Assembly (NCBI GenBank): GCA_051531975.1
Contig: JAOPTT010000006.1
Coordinates: 128,656 to 192,655, forward strand
Source of the DNA: Spirochaetaceae bacterium
Lineage (GTDB): Bacteria; Spirochaetota; Spirochaetia; DSM-2461
Length of the DNA: 64,000 bases
Direction: 5' to 3'
The position numbers were made by a program, and so were the translations under genes. Below the pieces are notes generated by a model, which saw only the letters and a program-made list of their open reading frames with translations, made no database searches and was not told the origin of the DNA. Shown here one piece after another: positions 10,902 through 21,137 of the stretch (within the stretch, counting starts at the first letter, position 1; every line of letters starts with the position of its first letter).

Positions 10902-11428
10902 ACCCTATAGCCTTAATTGAAGCAGCACTTTTTCTTGAAAGCAATCCTATAACTATTGATGAGCTATCAAAAAAACTTGACCTGTCTGTAGTAACGATTA
11001 ATGATACGTTACAGAGTTTAAAAGAAAAATATAACAACATAGATTCAGGTTTAGCTTTATATGAATTAAAAGATAGTTTTTTGTTGACTCCATCAAAAGA
11101 GTGTTGGGAAGAGTTAAAAGGTGTCTATGGAAAGAAATATGATGAGAAATTAAGCAAAGCTGCTCTTGAAACTCTCTCTATAATTGCTTATTCTCAACCA
11201 GTTACTAAAGCAGAAATTGATATTTTGCGAGGAGTTTCTGCTGATGGTATGGTAAGGTTGCTACAAAAAAGAGATCTTATAAAAATTGTAGGGAAAAAAG
11301 ATATACCAGGAAAACCTCCATTATTTGGTACAACAAAAGAGTTTTTAAAACTTTTTAAACTGTCTAGTATTTCTGATTTACCAAAATTAAAAGAAGAAGA
11401 TAAGGAAAAATTTGAATTAAATGCCTGA
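10898..11428 (+). CDS. scpB: Segregation and condensation protein B
   Basis: LSKAALETLSIIAYSQPVT, PGKPPLFGTTKEFL. Confidence 0.95.
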   Translation: MNPIALIEAALFLESNPITIDELSKKLDLSVVTINDTLQSLKEKYNNIDSGLALYELKDSFLLTPSKECWEELKGVYGKKYDEKLSKAALETLSIIAYSQPVTKAEIDILRGVSADGMVRLLQKRDLIKIVGKKDIPGKPPLFGTTKEFLKLFKLSSISDLPKLKEEDKEKFELNA

Positions 11429-12932
11429 TCAAATTAGATTACAAGTGTATCTTGCCAAGTGCGGGATAGCTTCAAGAAGAAAATGTGAAGAGATTATCGC
11501 TCAAGGCCGGGTTACAGTTAATGGAAAAACAATATTAACTGCTGGAACAAAAGTAGATGAAGATGACATCGTTACATACGATGGTAGAAAGATAAGACAA
11601 GCAAAACAAAAAATATATATTGCGTTACATAAACCAAGTAAATTTTTATGTTCAACAACTGATCCAGATGAAAGACCACTAGCAATTGATCTGATTGCTC
11701 CTAGTATTCAACAAAGACTATTTTATGTTGGGCGTCTAGATTATTTAACTTCAGGTATAATCTTTTTTACAAATGATGGTGAATTTTCAAAAAAAATGAC
11801 ACATCCATCAACACATATTGAGAAAGAGTATGTAGTTACAACAAAAGATGAAATTCCTGTTGAACTAATGGAAGAGTTTAAGAAAGGTATATATGTACTT
11901 GGTGAACGATTTAAAATGAAGGACTATGAATTTAAAGGTCCAAGAACTGTTCATATAATATTAGAAGAAGGAAAAAATAGAGAACTTCGAAAAGTCTTTT
12001 TATCTAGAAATGTATCTGTTAAAAAAGTACATAGAATTAGAATAGGTAATGTTGATTTAAAAGGTATCCATTCAGGTCACTTTAGAAAATTAACAGATAA
12101 AGAAGTTAGACTTTTAACAAAAGCAGCTGATCTTAAGGGTGAGGGTGAAACTTTATTAAAGAAGAAGAGTATTAGCCATGTTAAAACTGTAGAGAAGCAG
12201 CTTAGATCTATCGAAAAAGAAAATATTTCTGAAAAATTAGATATTCCAACTGATAGTAGTAATAACTTCAAAGATAAAAAAACATCCTCAAAAAGAAGTT
12301 TTGGTAATTCTAAAAAACCTTCTAGTGGAAAAAGAAGTTATTCTGAAGATGATAAAACGACCTTTGGGAGAAGAAGTTCTTCTGATTCTAGTAGACCTTC
12401 CTCTTATAAAAGAAGTTATTCGGATTCTAGTAAACCCTCATCTGGTAAGAGAAGTTATTCAGATTCAAGTAAACCTTCTTCAGGAAAAAGAAGTTATTCT
12501 GATTCCAATAATCCATATGCAGGAAAAAGAAGTTATTCAGATTCTAGCAAACCTTCCTCAGGTAAAAGAAGTTATAATGATTCAGACAGATCATCTTCTG
12601 GAAAAAGAAGTTATTCCGATTTTGGCAAACCATCTTCTGGAAAAAGAAATTATTCTGATACTGGTAGACCGACTTCAGGAAAAAGAAATTATAATGATTC
12701 AGACAGATCATCTTCTGGAAAGAGAAATTATTCTGATACTGGTAAACCGACTTCTGGAAAAAGAAATTATTCTGATTCAGACAGATCATCTTCAGGAAAA
12801 AGAAATTATTCTGATTCTGATAGATCATCTTCTGGTAAAAGAAACTTTTCAAGAAGTAATGATAGCAATAGATCAAATAATTCACGACATTCAGGTAATA
12901 AAAATAGTTTTTCAAGGGATAATAAAAGATGA
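11421..12932 (+). CDS. rluB: RluB/RsuA-family rRNA pseudouridine synthase with low-complexity repeat tail
   Basis: S4 domain (RLQVYLAKCGIASRRKCE), VGRLD catalytic motif, LEEGKNRELR; position after scpAB. Confidence 0.88.
   Translation: MPDQIRLQVYLAKCGIASRRKCEEIIAQGRVTVNGKTILTAGTKVDEDDIVTYDGRKIRQAKQKIYIALHKPSKFLCSTTDPDERPLAIDLIAPSIQQRLFYVGRLDYLTSGIIFFTNDGEFSKKMTHPSTHIEKEYVVTTKDEIPVELMEEFKKGIYVLGERFKMKDYEFKGPRTVHIILEEGKNRELRKVFLSRNVSVKKVHRIRIGNVDLKGIHSGHFRKLTDKEVRLLTKAADLKGEGETLLKKKSISHVKTVEKQLRSIEKENISEKLDIPTDSSNNFKDKKTSSKRSFGNSKKPSSGKRSYSEDDKTTFGRRSSSDSSRPSSYKRSYSDSSKPSSGKRSYSDSSKPSSGKRSYSDSNNPYAGKRSYSDSSKPSSGKRSYNDSDRSSSGKRSYSDFGKPSSGKRNYSDTGRPTSGKRNYNDSDRSSSGKRNYSDTGKPTSGKRNYSDSDRSSSGKRNYSDSDRSSSGKRNFSRSNDSNRSNNSRHSGNKNSFSRDNKR
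12289..12860 (+). repeat. Degenerate 39-bp (13-aa) tandem repeat in the rluB tail
   Basis: About 14 units such as SSGKRSYSDSSKP / SSGKRNYSDSDRS. Confidence 0.9.
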
Positions 12933-15268
12933 TAGTAGCAATAGATGGACCTGCAGGAGTAGGAAAAAGTTCAATTGCTAAAATGATTGCAAAAAAATTA
13001 AATATATTTCATTTAAATAGTGGTAATTTTTATAGAGCAATAACATATATGGTAATCACAAATAAATTAGATGTTACTGATACTGCAGCAATTGAAGATT
13101 TAGCGTTATCTCTAAATGTAGAAGTTAAAGATAGAGAGTTTTACGTTAATGGAGTAAATGTAGACAAAGAATTACACAGTGATAGTGTTGATTCAAATGT
13201 CGGTTTAGTTTCTTCAATAGTTAAAGTTAGAGATATTGTTAATGATATGGTTAGAAAAATAGGTAAAACTTTAGATCTTGTTATTGAAGGTAGAGATATT
13301 ACTACGGTAGTATTCCCAGATGCAGAAGCTAAATTTTACTTTGATGCTGAGCCTTCAATACGTGCAAAAAGGCGTTTTGATCAAGGTTTAAGTGACTTAA
13401 CTATAGAAGAAATTACTAAGTCAATTGAAGAAAGAGATGACATTGATAGGAATAAAGCTGTTGGAAGCTTAAAAATATCGAAGTCTGCGCAATATATTGA
13501 CACAACACTATTGACGATAGATGCAGTTTGTGACAAAGTATTTACTAAGATAAATGAATTAATTGGAACCGGGAGAACAGAACAGGTTATGACAGAAATG
13601 GATGCTAAAGCGGATCAGACGAATCTACAAGAGGAGTACCTTAAAGCCCTAGATAGTATGGAAGAGGGACAACTAGTAGATGGACAAGTAATACATATTG
13701 ATTCAGATCACGTTTTTATTGATGTAGGGTATAAGTCGGAAGGACGTATACCATTGAATGAGTTTTCTGGTAAAACACCAGAATTAGGTGATGTAGTTTC
13801 AGTCGTTATTGTAAAAAAAGAAGGACGAAACGGGGAATTAGTAGTTTCTAAAAAGAAAGCAGACCTAAAAGTTGTTTGGAAAGATCTTAAAACAGCATTC
13901 AATGATGGAACACCTGTCAAAGGTACAATTGTTAAATCAATTAAGGGTGGTTTTGAAGTTAACTTAGGTGGAGACGTTATTGCGTTTATGCCAATATCTA
14001 AAGCAGATATTGTTAAAGTTGATAAGCCAGAAAAATATATTGGACTAGAGTGTGATTTCTCATTAGAAAAACTATATGGTGAGAAAAAAGCAAACGTTGT
14101 TGTTTCAAGAAGAAAACTTCTTGAAGAAAGAATGGAAGCTAGTCGAAAAGAATTCTTCGAAACTAAAAAAGAGGGCGATATCGTTAATGGTAAAGTTAAA
14201 AGCTTTACATCATTTGGTGCTTTTATCGATCTTGGTGGTTTTGACGGTCTTTTACATATTAATGATATGAGTTGGGGTCATGTTTCTAGACCTAAAGACT
14301 TCGTAAAGAAAAATGATGAAGTTGAATTAAAGATAATCAGATTAGATGAAGCTGAAAAGAGAATAAATCTTTCTCTTAAACACTTTACTGAAGATCCTTG
14401 GGTAACTTTTCAAGATAACTTCCATTCCGGTGATGTTATTAACGGTAAAGTTACTAAATTAACTGATTTTGGTGCATTTATCGAGATTGTTCCTGGTGTT
14501 GAAGGTTTAGCTCACATCTCTGAATTATCATGGGTAAAAAGAGTAAAACATCCTAAAGAGTTATTTTCAATTGGTGACCCAGTTGAAGCTATGATCTTAG
14601 ACTACGATGTAGAAGAAGGTCGAATTTCATTAGGTGTTAAACATGTACTTCCAAATCCATGGGATGATATCATTGATAGATGTCCATGTGGTGAAAAATT
14701 AGAGCTTGAAATTAAAAAAGTTACTAATGCAGGTGCTTTCTTAGAAGTTGAAGAAGGTATTGATGGATTTTTACACGTTGAAGATTTAACTTGGGATAAT
14801 AAAACTCCTAAACCATCAACAGTTTTTACAGCTGGTGAAAAAATGGAGTGTTGTATAGTTGGTATCGATGCTGATTCTAGAAGAATTAGATTAGGTGTTA
14901 AACAATTGCATGATAATCCTTGGGAAGATTTTGAGAAGAAAAACCCAATTGGTACAATTATCGAAGGTGAAGTTACAAATAAAGCTGAGTTTGGTGTATT
15001 TGTTGCATTAGGTAATAATATCGAAGGTTTAATTCACAAATCTAACCTAGCTTCTTCTAAAGAAGTTAGTTATGAAGATGCATTAGAAGCTGTAAACAAA
15101 GGTGATAAACTTAGAGCTGCAGTTACTGATATAAACATTTTTAAACAAAAAGTATCTTTATCTGTTCGTGAAGTAACAATGCACGAAGAGAGAAAAGAGA
15201 TTTCTAAATATCTTGATGGTGAAACACAGGATGATGGAACTTATACATTAGGTGACATGTTAAAATAG
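12929..15268 (+). CDS. cmk-rpsA: Bifunctional cytidylate kinase / 30S ribosomal protein S1 fusion
   Basis: IAIDGPAGVGKS and EGRDI (Cmk) followed in frame by multiple S1 domains (DVGYKSEG, FGAFIDLGGFDGLLH). Confidence 0.93.
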   Translation: MIVAIDGPAGVGKSSIAKMIAKKLNIFHLNSGNFYRAITYMVITNKLDVTDTAAIEDLALSLNVEVKDREFYVNGVNVDKELHSDSVDSNVGLVSSIVKVRDIVNDMVRKIGKTLDLVIEGRDITTVVFPDAEAKFYFDAEPSIRAKRRFDQGLSDLTIEEITKSIEERDDIDRNKAVGSLKISKSAQYIDTTLLTIDAVCDKVFTKINELIGTGRTEQVMTEMDAKADQTNLQEEYLKALDSMEEGQLVDGQVIHIDSDHVFIDVGYKSEGRIPLNEFSGKTPELGDVVSVVIVKKEGRNGELVVSKKKADLKVVWKDLKTAFNDGTPVKGTIVKSIKGGFEVNLGGDVIAFMPISKADIVKVDKPEKYIGLECDFSLEKLYGEKKANVVVSRRKLLEERMEASRKEFFETKKEGDIVNGKVKSFTSFGAFIDLGGFDGLLHINDMSWGHVSRPKDFVKKNDEVELKIIRLDEAEKRINLSLKHFTEDPWVTFQDNFHSGDVINGKVTKLTDFGAFIEIVPGVEGLAHISELSWVKRVKHPKELFSIGDPVEAMILDYDVEEGRISLGVKHVLPNPWDDIIDRCPCGEKLELEIKKVTNAGAFLEVEEGIDGFLHVEDLTWDNKTPKPSTVFTAGEKMECCIVGIDADSRRIRLGVKQLHDNPWEDFEKKNPIGTIIEGEVTNKAEFGVFVALGNNIEGLIHKSNLASSKEVSYEDALEAVNKGDKLRAAVTDINIFKQKVSLSVREVTMHEERKEISKYLDGETQDDGTYTLGDMLK

Positions 15269-15284
15269 AAATATATATAACTAT

Positions 15285-15316
15285 AAAGGAGAGGCTATTG
15301 TCTCTCCTTTTTTTTT
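15285..15316 (+). terminator. Intrinsic terminator after rpsA
   Basis: aaaggagagg-ctattg-tctctccttt followed by a T tract. Confidence 0.85.
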
Positions 15317-15335
15317 GAGGAATAATATAATAGAA

Positions 15336-16259
15336 ATGAATAATTGTTTATATTTACCTGAAAAACTAATTACTCAACTAAATCAAATTGCAAAATCTGA
15401 CGCAACTTTATTACTTCTAGGTGAAAGTGGAGTTGGTAAAGAGATAATCGCAAATCGTGTACATACTCTATCAACAAGAAATAAAATAGAACCTATAATA
15501 ATTAATATTGCTGCAATCCCAGCTGATCTATTAGAAAGGGAACTGTTTGGTTCAGTAAAAGGAGCTTTTACTGGTTCTGAATCAGATTATATTGGTGTTT
15601 TTAAGAGAGCTCATAAATCAACTCTAATATTAGATGAAATTGCTGAGATTCCACTAACAATACAAGGTAAACTATTAAATGTTTTAGAGTATGGTGTAAT
15701 TCAACCAATAGGTAGTAATGAGTCATTTAAAGTTGATTGTAGAATTATTGCAATAACAAATAAAGATGTAAATGAGCAAATTGAAAAAGGTCTATTTAGA
15801 AAAGATCTGTATTATAGATTAAATGTTATAACTTTTAATGTTCCTCCACTGCGGAATAGAGTACAATTTATTAAACAATTGATCTTCGATTTGATAGGTG
15901 TGTTCTCTTCTGAAAATGAAAAATATTCTATCTCAGATGAAGCTTTATCCCAACTAATTAGTTATCATTGGCCTGGTAATATTCGGGAACTCAGTAATAC
16001 GATAGAAAGAGCAATAACTTTAAGTAATAACAGTGAAATAACTTCTGAAAATTTATTGCTTTCTTCTGATAATAACGTTAATATATCGAGTGCTACTTTA
16101 AAAGAGGCAGTAGATCATTTCAAGAAAAACTATATTATGAAAGTTCTTGAGTTTAATGGTTGGAATGTAACAAAAAGTGCAAAAATATTAGGCATACAAA
16201 GAACTTATCTTTCGAGACTAATAAAAGAATTATATATGGATGAGAGGAATTTTACTTAA
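15336..16259 (+). CDS. Sigma-54-interacting AAA+ transcriptional regulator with Fis HTH, no N-terminal sensor domain
   Basis: GESGVGKE, ELFGSVKGAFTGS, LDEI, DLYYRLNV, WPGNIREL, C-terminal HTH. Confidence 0.9.
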   Translation: MNNCLYLPEKLITQLNQIAKSDATLLLLGESGVGKEIIANRVHTLSTRNKIEPIIINIAAIPADLLERELFGSVKGAFTGSESDYIGVFKRAHKSTLILDEIAEIPLTIQGKLLNVLEYGVIQPIGSNESFKVDCRIIAITNKDVNEQIEKGLFRKDLYYRLNVITFNVPPLRNRVQFIKQLIFDLIGVFSSENEKYSISDEALSQLISYHWPGNIRELSNTIERAITLSNNSEITSENLLLSSDNNVNISSATLKEAVDHFKKNYIMKVLEFNGWNVTKSAKILGIQRTYLSRLIKELYMDERNFT

Positions 16260-16930
16260 TGAAAGAAACTACAAAAAAAACAACTAATCAGATTATTTCT
16301 GAATTTTTAACAAGTAAGAAAAAAGTATTATTTATAATATTAGCAGTAATTGCAGTAACGGTTCTACTATTTGGATTGTTTTCAAACTTACAACTAAAAA
16401 AAATGAGCAAAATGATAAACTCAACAACAAAATTAGACATGCTATATAATGAAGTATTAAGTTCAGAAAATGATGGTCAGGAGTTTCTTGATTATGCAAC
16501 AGATCTAATTAATAATCAGAGTAGTACTAAAGCAGAGCTTATTGCATATTCAAGACTAGCTTCGTATTATTTCGATAAAGAAGATTTTCAAAAATCTGCA
16601 GATAATTATACTCTAGCATTTACAAACTTTCCAAATGATATTGCTGCAAGTGTTTATATGTTTAATGCTGCAATGGCACTAGAAGAGTTAGGTCAAGTAA
16701 AAGAGACAATTTCAATATTAGAATCAATTGTAACTAAATATAAAAGTTCAGAATTAGATAAAGAAGATACTAGTGCAGATGTTCCTGAAGCAATTTTTAA
16801 CCTTGGAAGACTTTATGAGTCTGAAGGTGATATTTCTAAAGCTATTGAACAATATGAATTATTAGTTGCAGAGTACCAAAGCTATAATTTATCTAGTTTA
16901 GCTAAAACAAGGTTATTATCAATTAAATAA
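16259..16930 (+). CDS. Membrane-anchored TPR protein (YfgM-like)
   Basis: N-terminal TM helix and TPR-like helices (AIFNLGRLYE). Confidence 0.75.
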   Translation: MKETTKKTTNQIISEFLTSKKKVLFIILAVIAVTVLLFGLFSNLQLKKMSKMINSTTKLDMLYNEVLSSENDGQEFLDYATDLINNQSSTKAELIAYSRLASYYFDKEDFQKSADNYTLAFTNFPNDIAASVYMFNAAMALEELGQVKETISILESIVTKYKSSELDKEDTSADVPEAIFNLGRLYESEGDISKAIEQYELLVAEYQSYNLSSLAKTRLLSIK

Positions 16931-16932
16931 AT

Positions 16933-17562
16933 ATGATTAAAATACTGATGAAGTTATTCCTATTAACACTCATTTTTGGTTGTGGAATACCTTCATTTGA
17001 TTATATTGATGGTGCCAATGTTATAGATAATAATTCAGACTATATATTGGAATCAGAGATAGATTTATCATCGTCACCATTAATTACAGGTTTTACTCTG
17101 TATTCTAGGTATTATACCGAAACACAAAATAGTAAATATTTTGAATCATTAGAAATATCTGATATTTCAAACGGTTCAGAACAATATCTTAAAGATTTAG
17201 GATATACAGTTGTAACATATAGTGACAGTGATAATGATTCAATAAGTATAGGTAGTACTGTCGAATTACTTATTAAAGATGATGATCTGTCTACAGTCTT
17301 AATACTAAGTGATGCCAGAGAATTTATATTACATAGTTCTTATTCTTCTGAAAATATAAACTTTTTCCATACTATTGGAAGTTATTCTGATGAAGAAGGT
17401 GCAATTTTTTTAAATGATTATACAAATGATCTAGATGATGTTAATATTGCAACCATAAAAATAGAATTTTCAATTATTAACAAAGGTATAAGTTCTGACT
17501 TTGAACATCTAGAAAGTGTACCAGTATACCTAGGAACTTTAGAAATCGATACACTACAATAG
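16933..17562 (+). CDS. Hypothetical lipoprotein
   Basis: Lipobox-like LIFGC. Confidence 0.7.
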   Translation: MIKILMKLFLLTLIFGCGIPSFDYIDGANVIDNNSDYILESEIDLSSSPLITGFTLYSRYYTETQNSKYFESLEISDISNGSEQYLKDLGYTVVTYSDSDNDSISIGSTVELLIKDDDLSTVLILSDAREFILHSSYSSENINFFHTIGSYSDEEGAIFLNDYTNDLDDVNIATIKIEFSIINKGISSDFEHLESVPVYLGTLEIDTLQ

Positions 17563-17571
17563 AGGATATTT

Positions 17572-17868
17572 ATGATACTTTTATCTTTTCAAATATTAAT
17601 TATAAACTTTATAGTTGCAGGATTGGTCTCAGCTTTGACATATTTTTCATATAAAAAAATACGATCATTTAATCCTTTTTTACTATTTATCATTTCATCT
17701 TTAGGAACATTTCTTGGTACAATTGTAGCTGTAATGATTCCTGGATTCAAATTTACATTCGACTCAATGTTACTTAATAATTTAATACTTTCAATTCCTG
17801 GAGTTTCATTTTCCATACTATTTATTTACATATGGTACAAAGGAAGTAAAACTGAAGGTTTTGTTTAA
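17572..17868 (+). CDS. Small hypothetical membrane protein
   Basis: Three hydrophobic segments; GAGGA RBS. Confidence 0.65.
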   Translation: MILLSFQILIINFIVAGLVSALTYFSYKKIRSFNPFLLFIISSLGTFLGTIVAVMIPGFKFTFDSMLLNNLILSIPGVSFSILFIYIWYKGSKTEGFV

Positions 17869-17924
17869 AATATATGTGACACATTTTAGTATTTTGTTTA
17901 TTATATATATATAAGGAGAATATT

Positions 17925-18527
17925 TTGAAAATTAAAATTATTTTAGTTATATTTACTATATTAGCATCATTTGGTTGTCAAACAGCAAATAATAGGGTTA
18001 CTAGAGTATCATCTGATCTTGAGACTGATTTAAGTGGTAGATGGAATGATACAGACTCAAGATTGGTTTCCGAAGAGATGACATTAGATCTATTAAATCG
18101 TACAATATTTTATGATTTTAAAGACGAGTTTGGTAAAAAACCGGTATTAATAATTGGACGCATAAAAAACAACAGTTCTGAACATATTAGTGTTCAAACA
18201 TTCATAAAAGATATTGAAAGAGAATTAATAAATAGTGGTCAAGTTAAACTTGTTGCATCAAGTAGCGAAAGAGATGGTATAAGAGATGAAAAAGAGGACC
18301 AACAGTCTAATTCTAGTCTTGAAACTGCAAAAAGATTAGCTCAAGAAACTGGTGCTGATATTATGTTAATTGGTAGTATTGCAACAATAAATGACCAACT
18401 TAATAATTCTAAAGTCGTTTATTATCAAGTTGATTTAGAATTAATTCATTTGGAATCTAATGAAAAAATGTGGATAGGAACTAAAAAACATAAAAAGATT
18501 ATTGAATTAGGTGGAGTTAAGTGGTGA
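17925..18527 (+). CDS. lpoB: Penicillin-binding protein activator LpoB-like lipoprotein
   Basis: Lipobox SFGC, DLSGRWNDTD, IKNNSSEHI, YYQVDLEL. Confidence 0.85.
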   Translation: MKIKIILVIFTILASFGCQTANNRVTRVSSDLETDLSGRWNDTDSRLVSEEMTLDLLNRTIFYDFKDEFGKKPVLIIGRIKNNSSEHISVQTFIKDIERELINSGQVKLVASSSERDGIRDEKEDQQSNSSLETAKRLAQETGADIMLIGSIATINDQLNNSKVVYYQVDLELIHLESNEKMWIGTKKHKKIIELGGVKW

Positions 18528-19885
18528 AACTAATAAAATTATTAGTTGTTTCATTACTATTTTTTACTGTTAATTCATGTGCATCTTTATATACAACTAA
18601 GTCTCATTATATAGATATCGATATGCATCTTGCTCAAGGATCTAGTGATAGTGCATTAAAAGCGCTACAGGTTGTTAAAGACAGTAGTTATACAGAGAAA
18701 GACAAAGTTTTATATTTCTTAGAAGAGGGGATGTTATTTAGATATGCCGGTTTATATAAAGAAAGTAATGTTTCATTAACTAAAGCAGAATATGCTATCG
18801 AAGATCTTTTAACAAAAAGTATATCTAAAGGTGTTTTATCAGGAGTTTTAAATGATAATGCACTAGAATATCCTGGTGAAGATTATGAGAATATTTATAT
18901 CAATATTTTTAAAGCCTTAAATTATCTTCAACTTAACAATTTAGAAGATGCTTTAATTGAAATTAGAAGAGTAAACTTTAAACTTACTCAGCTAGAAACT
19001 AAGTATTCTGGTGAAATAAATGATCTAAATAATTCAGAAGATTTTGATGTGCCATTAGCTGAATTAAGCTTCCATAACGATGCACTTGCTAGATACTTAG
19101 GAATTATAGCTTATAGGTTAGATGGATTGCTTGATGATGCAAGAATAGAATCTGATTATTTAGAAAAAGCTTATCGATATCAAGATGAAATATATAATTT
19201 TACACCACCTACGTTTCCAGATATTTCAAATGAGGAAACTTATGTAAATTTATTTGCATTTACAGGATTTCCTCCAGAAAAAATTGCCAACACAATAATT
19301 GCTAATGGAAAAAGTGGAAGTCTGTATTTAGGAGATAATACAGGTTTACCTTTTAATTCATTACATTTTCCTGGAGTCAGAAGTAATACTGTTTTAAAAT
19401 TAGAATTTCCTAATCTAGTAAAAACAGTAGATCCAGTTAATAATGTTAAAATTTATATTAATGGTGAATATTATGACAAATTAGAATTAATTGAAGCATT
19501 TGATAATATTTCTTTAGAAGCATTTAAACTAAAACAACCATTGATTATTGGAAAAACAGTTATAAGAGCAATTTCAAAATCTATTGTTTCAGATGTTTCT
19601 GAATCAGTAATTGAAGATCGATATGGATTTTTTGCTGGATTATTAGCTGATTTAGCTGGTGATGTATTTATGGTAGTTTCTGAAAACTCAGATCTTAGAG
19701 CATCTCATTATTTCCCTTCAAATATTAGAGGGCTTGAAATTGTTATGGAACCAGGTTTTTATGATTTTACATATGTTTATTATAACAATGCAAATTATGA
19801 ACTATATAGAGAAGATTTTAATAATGTAGAAATTAAATATAGAGATTTGAATATTATTGAATCTCACTTGTTGAGGAAAGAATGA
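18521..19885 (+). CDS. COG3014-like TPR lipoprotein
   Basis: Lipobox NSC, YPGEDYE..I..FKALNYL; usual neighbour of lpoB. Confidence 0.7.
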   Translation: MVKLIKLLVVSLLFFTVNSCASLYTTKSHYIDIDMHLAQGSSDSALKALQVVKDSSYTEKDKVLYFLEEGMLFRYAGLYKESNVSLTKAEYAIEDLLTKSISKGVLSGVLNDNALEYPGEDYENIYINIFKALNYLQLNNLEDALIEIRRVNFKLTQLETKYSGEINDLNNSEDFDVPLAELSFHNDALARYLGIIAYRLDGLLDDARIESDYLEKAYRYQDEIYNFTPPTFPDISNEETYVNLFAFTGFPPEKIANTIIANGKSGSLYLGDNTGLPFNSLHFPGVRSNTVLKLEFPNLVKTVDPVNNVKIYINGEYYDKLELIEAFDNISLEAFKLKQPLIIGKTVIRAISKSIVSDVSESVIEDRYGFFAGLLADLAGDVFMVVSENSDLRASHYFPSNIRGLEIVMEPGFYDFTYVYYNNANYELYREDFNNVEIKYRDLNIIESHLLRKE

Positions 19886-20760
19886 AAAAGTTAGGATATT
19901 TATTATTAATTTTATTAATTTTATTAATGTTTTCTTGTGCGACTACTAAAAACCCTTCACAAAATGGATTATTAATACCACTTTGGTTTTCAGATCCAGG
20001 AACATATGTAGATGAAGAAGATAATATAATTTTTAAATCTAAAGAAAGAACAAAAGTAATTGCTGAGCGTAATATATATGAACAATCTATATATTTAAGT
20101 GATTATTTAGAACCTACTATGTTAAATGAATTCGTAGATTCTGAAAACTATGTATATCTTCTATATAGTATAAATAGAGATGACCTAACAAGATCTTTAA
20201 ACAACAAAATTGATGAAACAATGGTAGATTATAATAATTATATAAATGTTGCTGATAGTACAAGTGATGTATTAGAAAAATATTCTTTGTATATAAATAG
20301 CCAATCAATATTAGAAAATATTTCTTATATATATGAGCTTTCAGAAAAAGAACATTTAACTCTAAATAGGTCATATAATACTGATAAATCACTGTTACAA
20401 GAGAAAATTAATCTAGCAAAAGAACAGTTAGTATTTAGTGTCTCTGTTTCTGGAGATATCGATAATTTAATTAAAGATGCCATTTCAAATCAACTTCATG
20501 AATTAGGTTATGAAGAGTCTGAGTTTGGATTAGTTTTTATTGACGCTGTACTTAATTTGAAACCAGCAGAACTTGATAATGATTATATAAATAAATATTG
20601 GAACTTAACAATTTCGTTAAAAGACTATAATGGAGCAACTAAGGAATCTTTAAATTTTAAAGGTCGGGAAAGCAAATTAGATAATGAAGCAGTTAATCAG
20701 TTTATTTCCTCAATTGCTGTAAAAAAAATTGAGGAATCTTTAAAAACTATATTACCTTAG
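19882..20760 (+). CDS. Hypothetical lipoprotein (LPP20-like)
   Basis: Lipobox FSCAT, PLWF motif; same operon as lpoB. Confidence 0.65.
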   Translation: MKKLGYLLLILLILLMFSCATTKNPSQNGLLIPLWFSDPGTYVDEEDNIIFKSKERTKVIAERNIYEQSIYLSDYLEPTMLNEFVDSENYVYLLYSINRDDLTRSLNNKIDETMVDYNNYINVADSTSDVLEKYSLYINSQSILENISYIYELSEKEHLTLNRSYNTDKSLLQEKINLAKEQLVFSVSVSGDIDNLIKDAISNQLHELGYEESEFGLVFIDAVLNLKPAELDNDYINKYWNLTISLKDYNGATKESLNFKGRESKLDNEAVNQFISSIAVKKIEESLKTILP

Positions 20761-21137
20761 TTTTTAAGTATCGCAATACATTCTATTTCAATTAATGCAT
20801 CTTTTGGCAGTCTACTAACTTCTACAGTAGATCTTGCCGGTTTATGCATAAAGTATTTATTATAGATCTCATTTACTATTATAAAATCATCCATATTTTT
20901 TAAGAATATGGTTGTTTTTATTACATTCTCTAAACTTGAATCCTCCGACTTTAATATCTCAGATAAATTTTTAATAACTAATTCTGTTTGCTCTTTTATT
21001 CCACCATGAATAAAGAGCTGAGTCTCTGGGTTTATAGAAATCTGCCCAGAGGTGTAAATTAAACCACCATATATAACAGCTTGTGAATAAGGTCCAATGG
21101 CTCTAGGTGCATTTTTTGTATTTACTTTTTTCATCAT
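20757..21137 (-). CDS. ridA: RidA/YjgF reactive intermediate deaminase
   Basis: APRAIGPYSQA, SGQI, PARSTVEVSRLP, IEIECIA. Confidence 0.93.
   Translation of the reverse strand: MMKKVNTKNAPRAIGPYSQAVIYGGLIYTSGQISINPETQLFIHGGIKEQTELVIKNLSEILKSEDSSLENVIKTTIFLKNMDDFIIVNEIYNKYFMHKPARSTVEVSRLPKDALIEIECIAILKN

Noticed and set aside
12289..12860. Possible CRISPR array in the rluB tail or the 18-bp ankyrin repeat
   Set aside because: In-frame coding tandem repeats without unique spacers; no cas genes
12301..12981. Alternative-frame ORFs (12301-12981 +, 12544-12915 -) over the rluB tail
   Set aside because: Shadow ORFs created by the 39-bp repeat; the rluB frame explains the region
12929..15268. cmk-rpsA fusion as a novelty
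   Set aside because: This fusion is already known in treponemes and related spirochaetes
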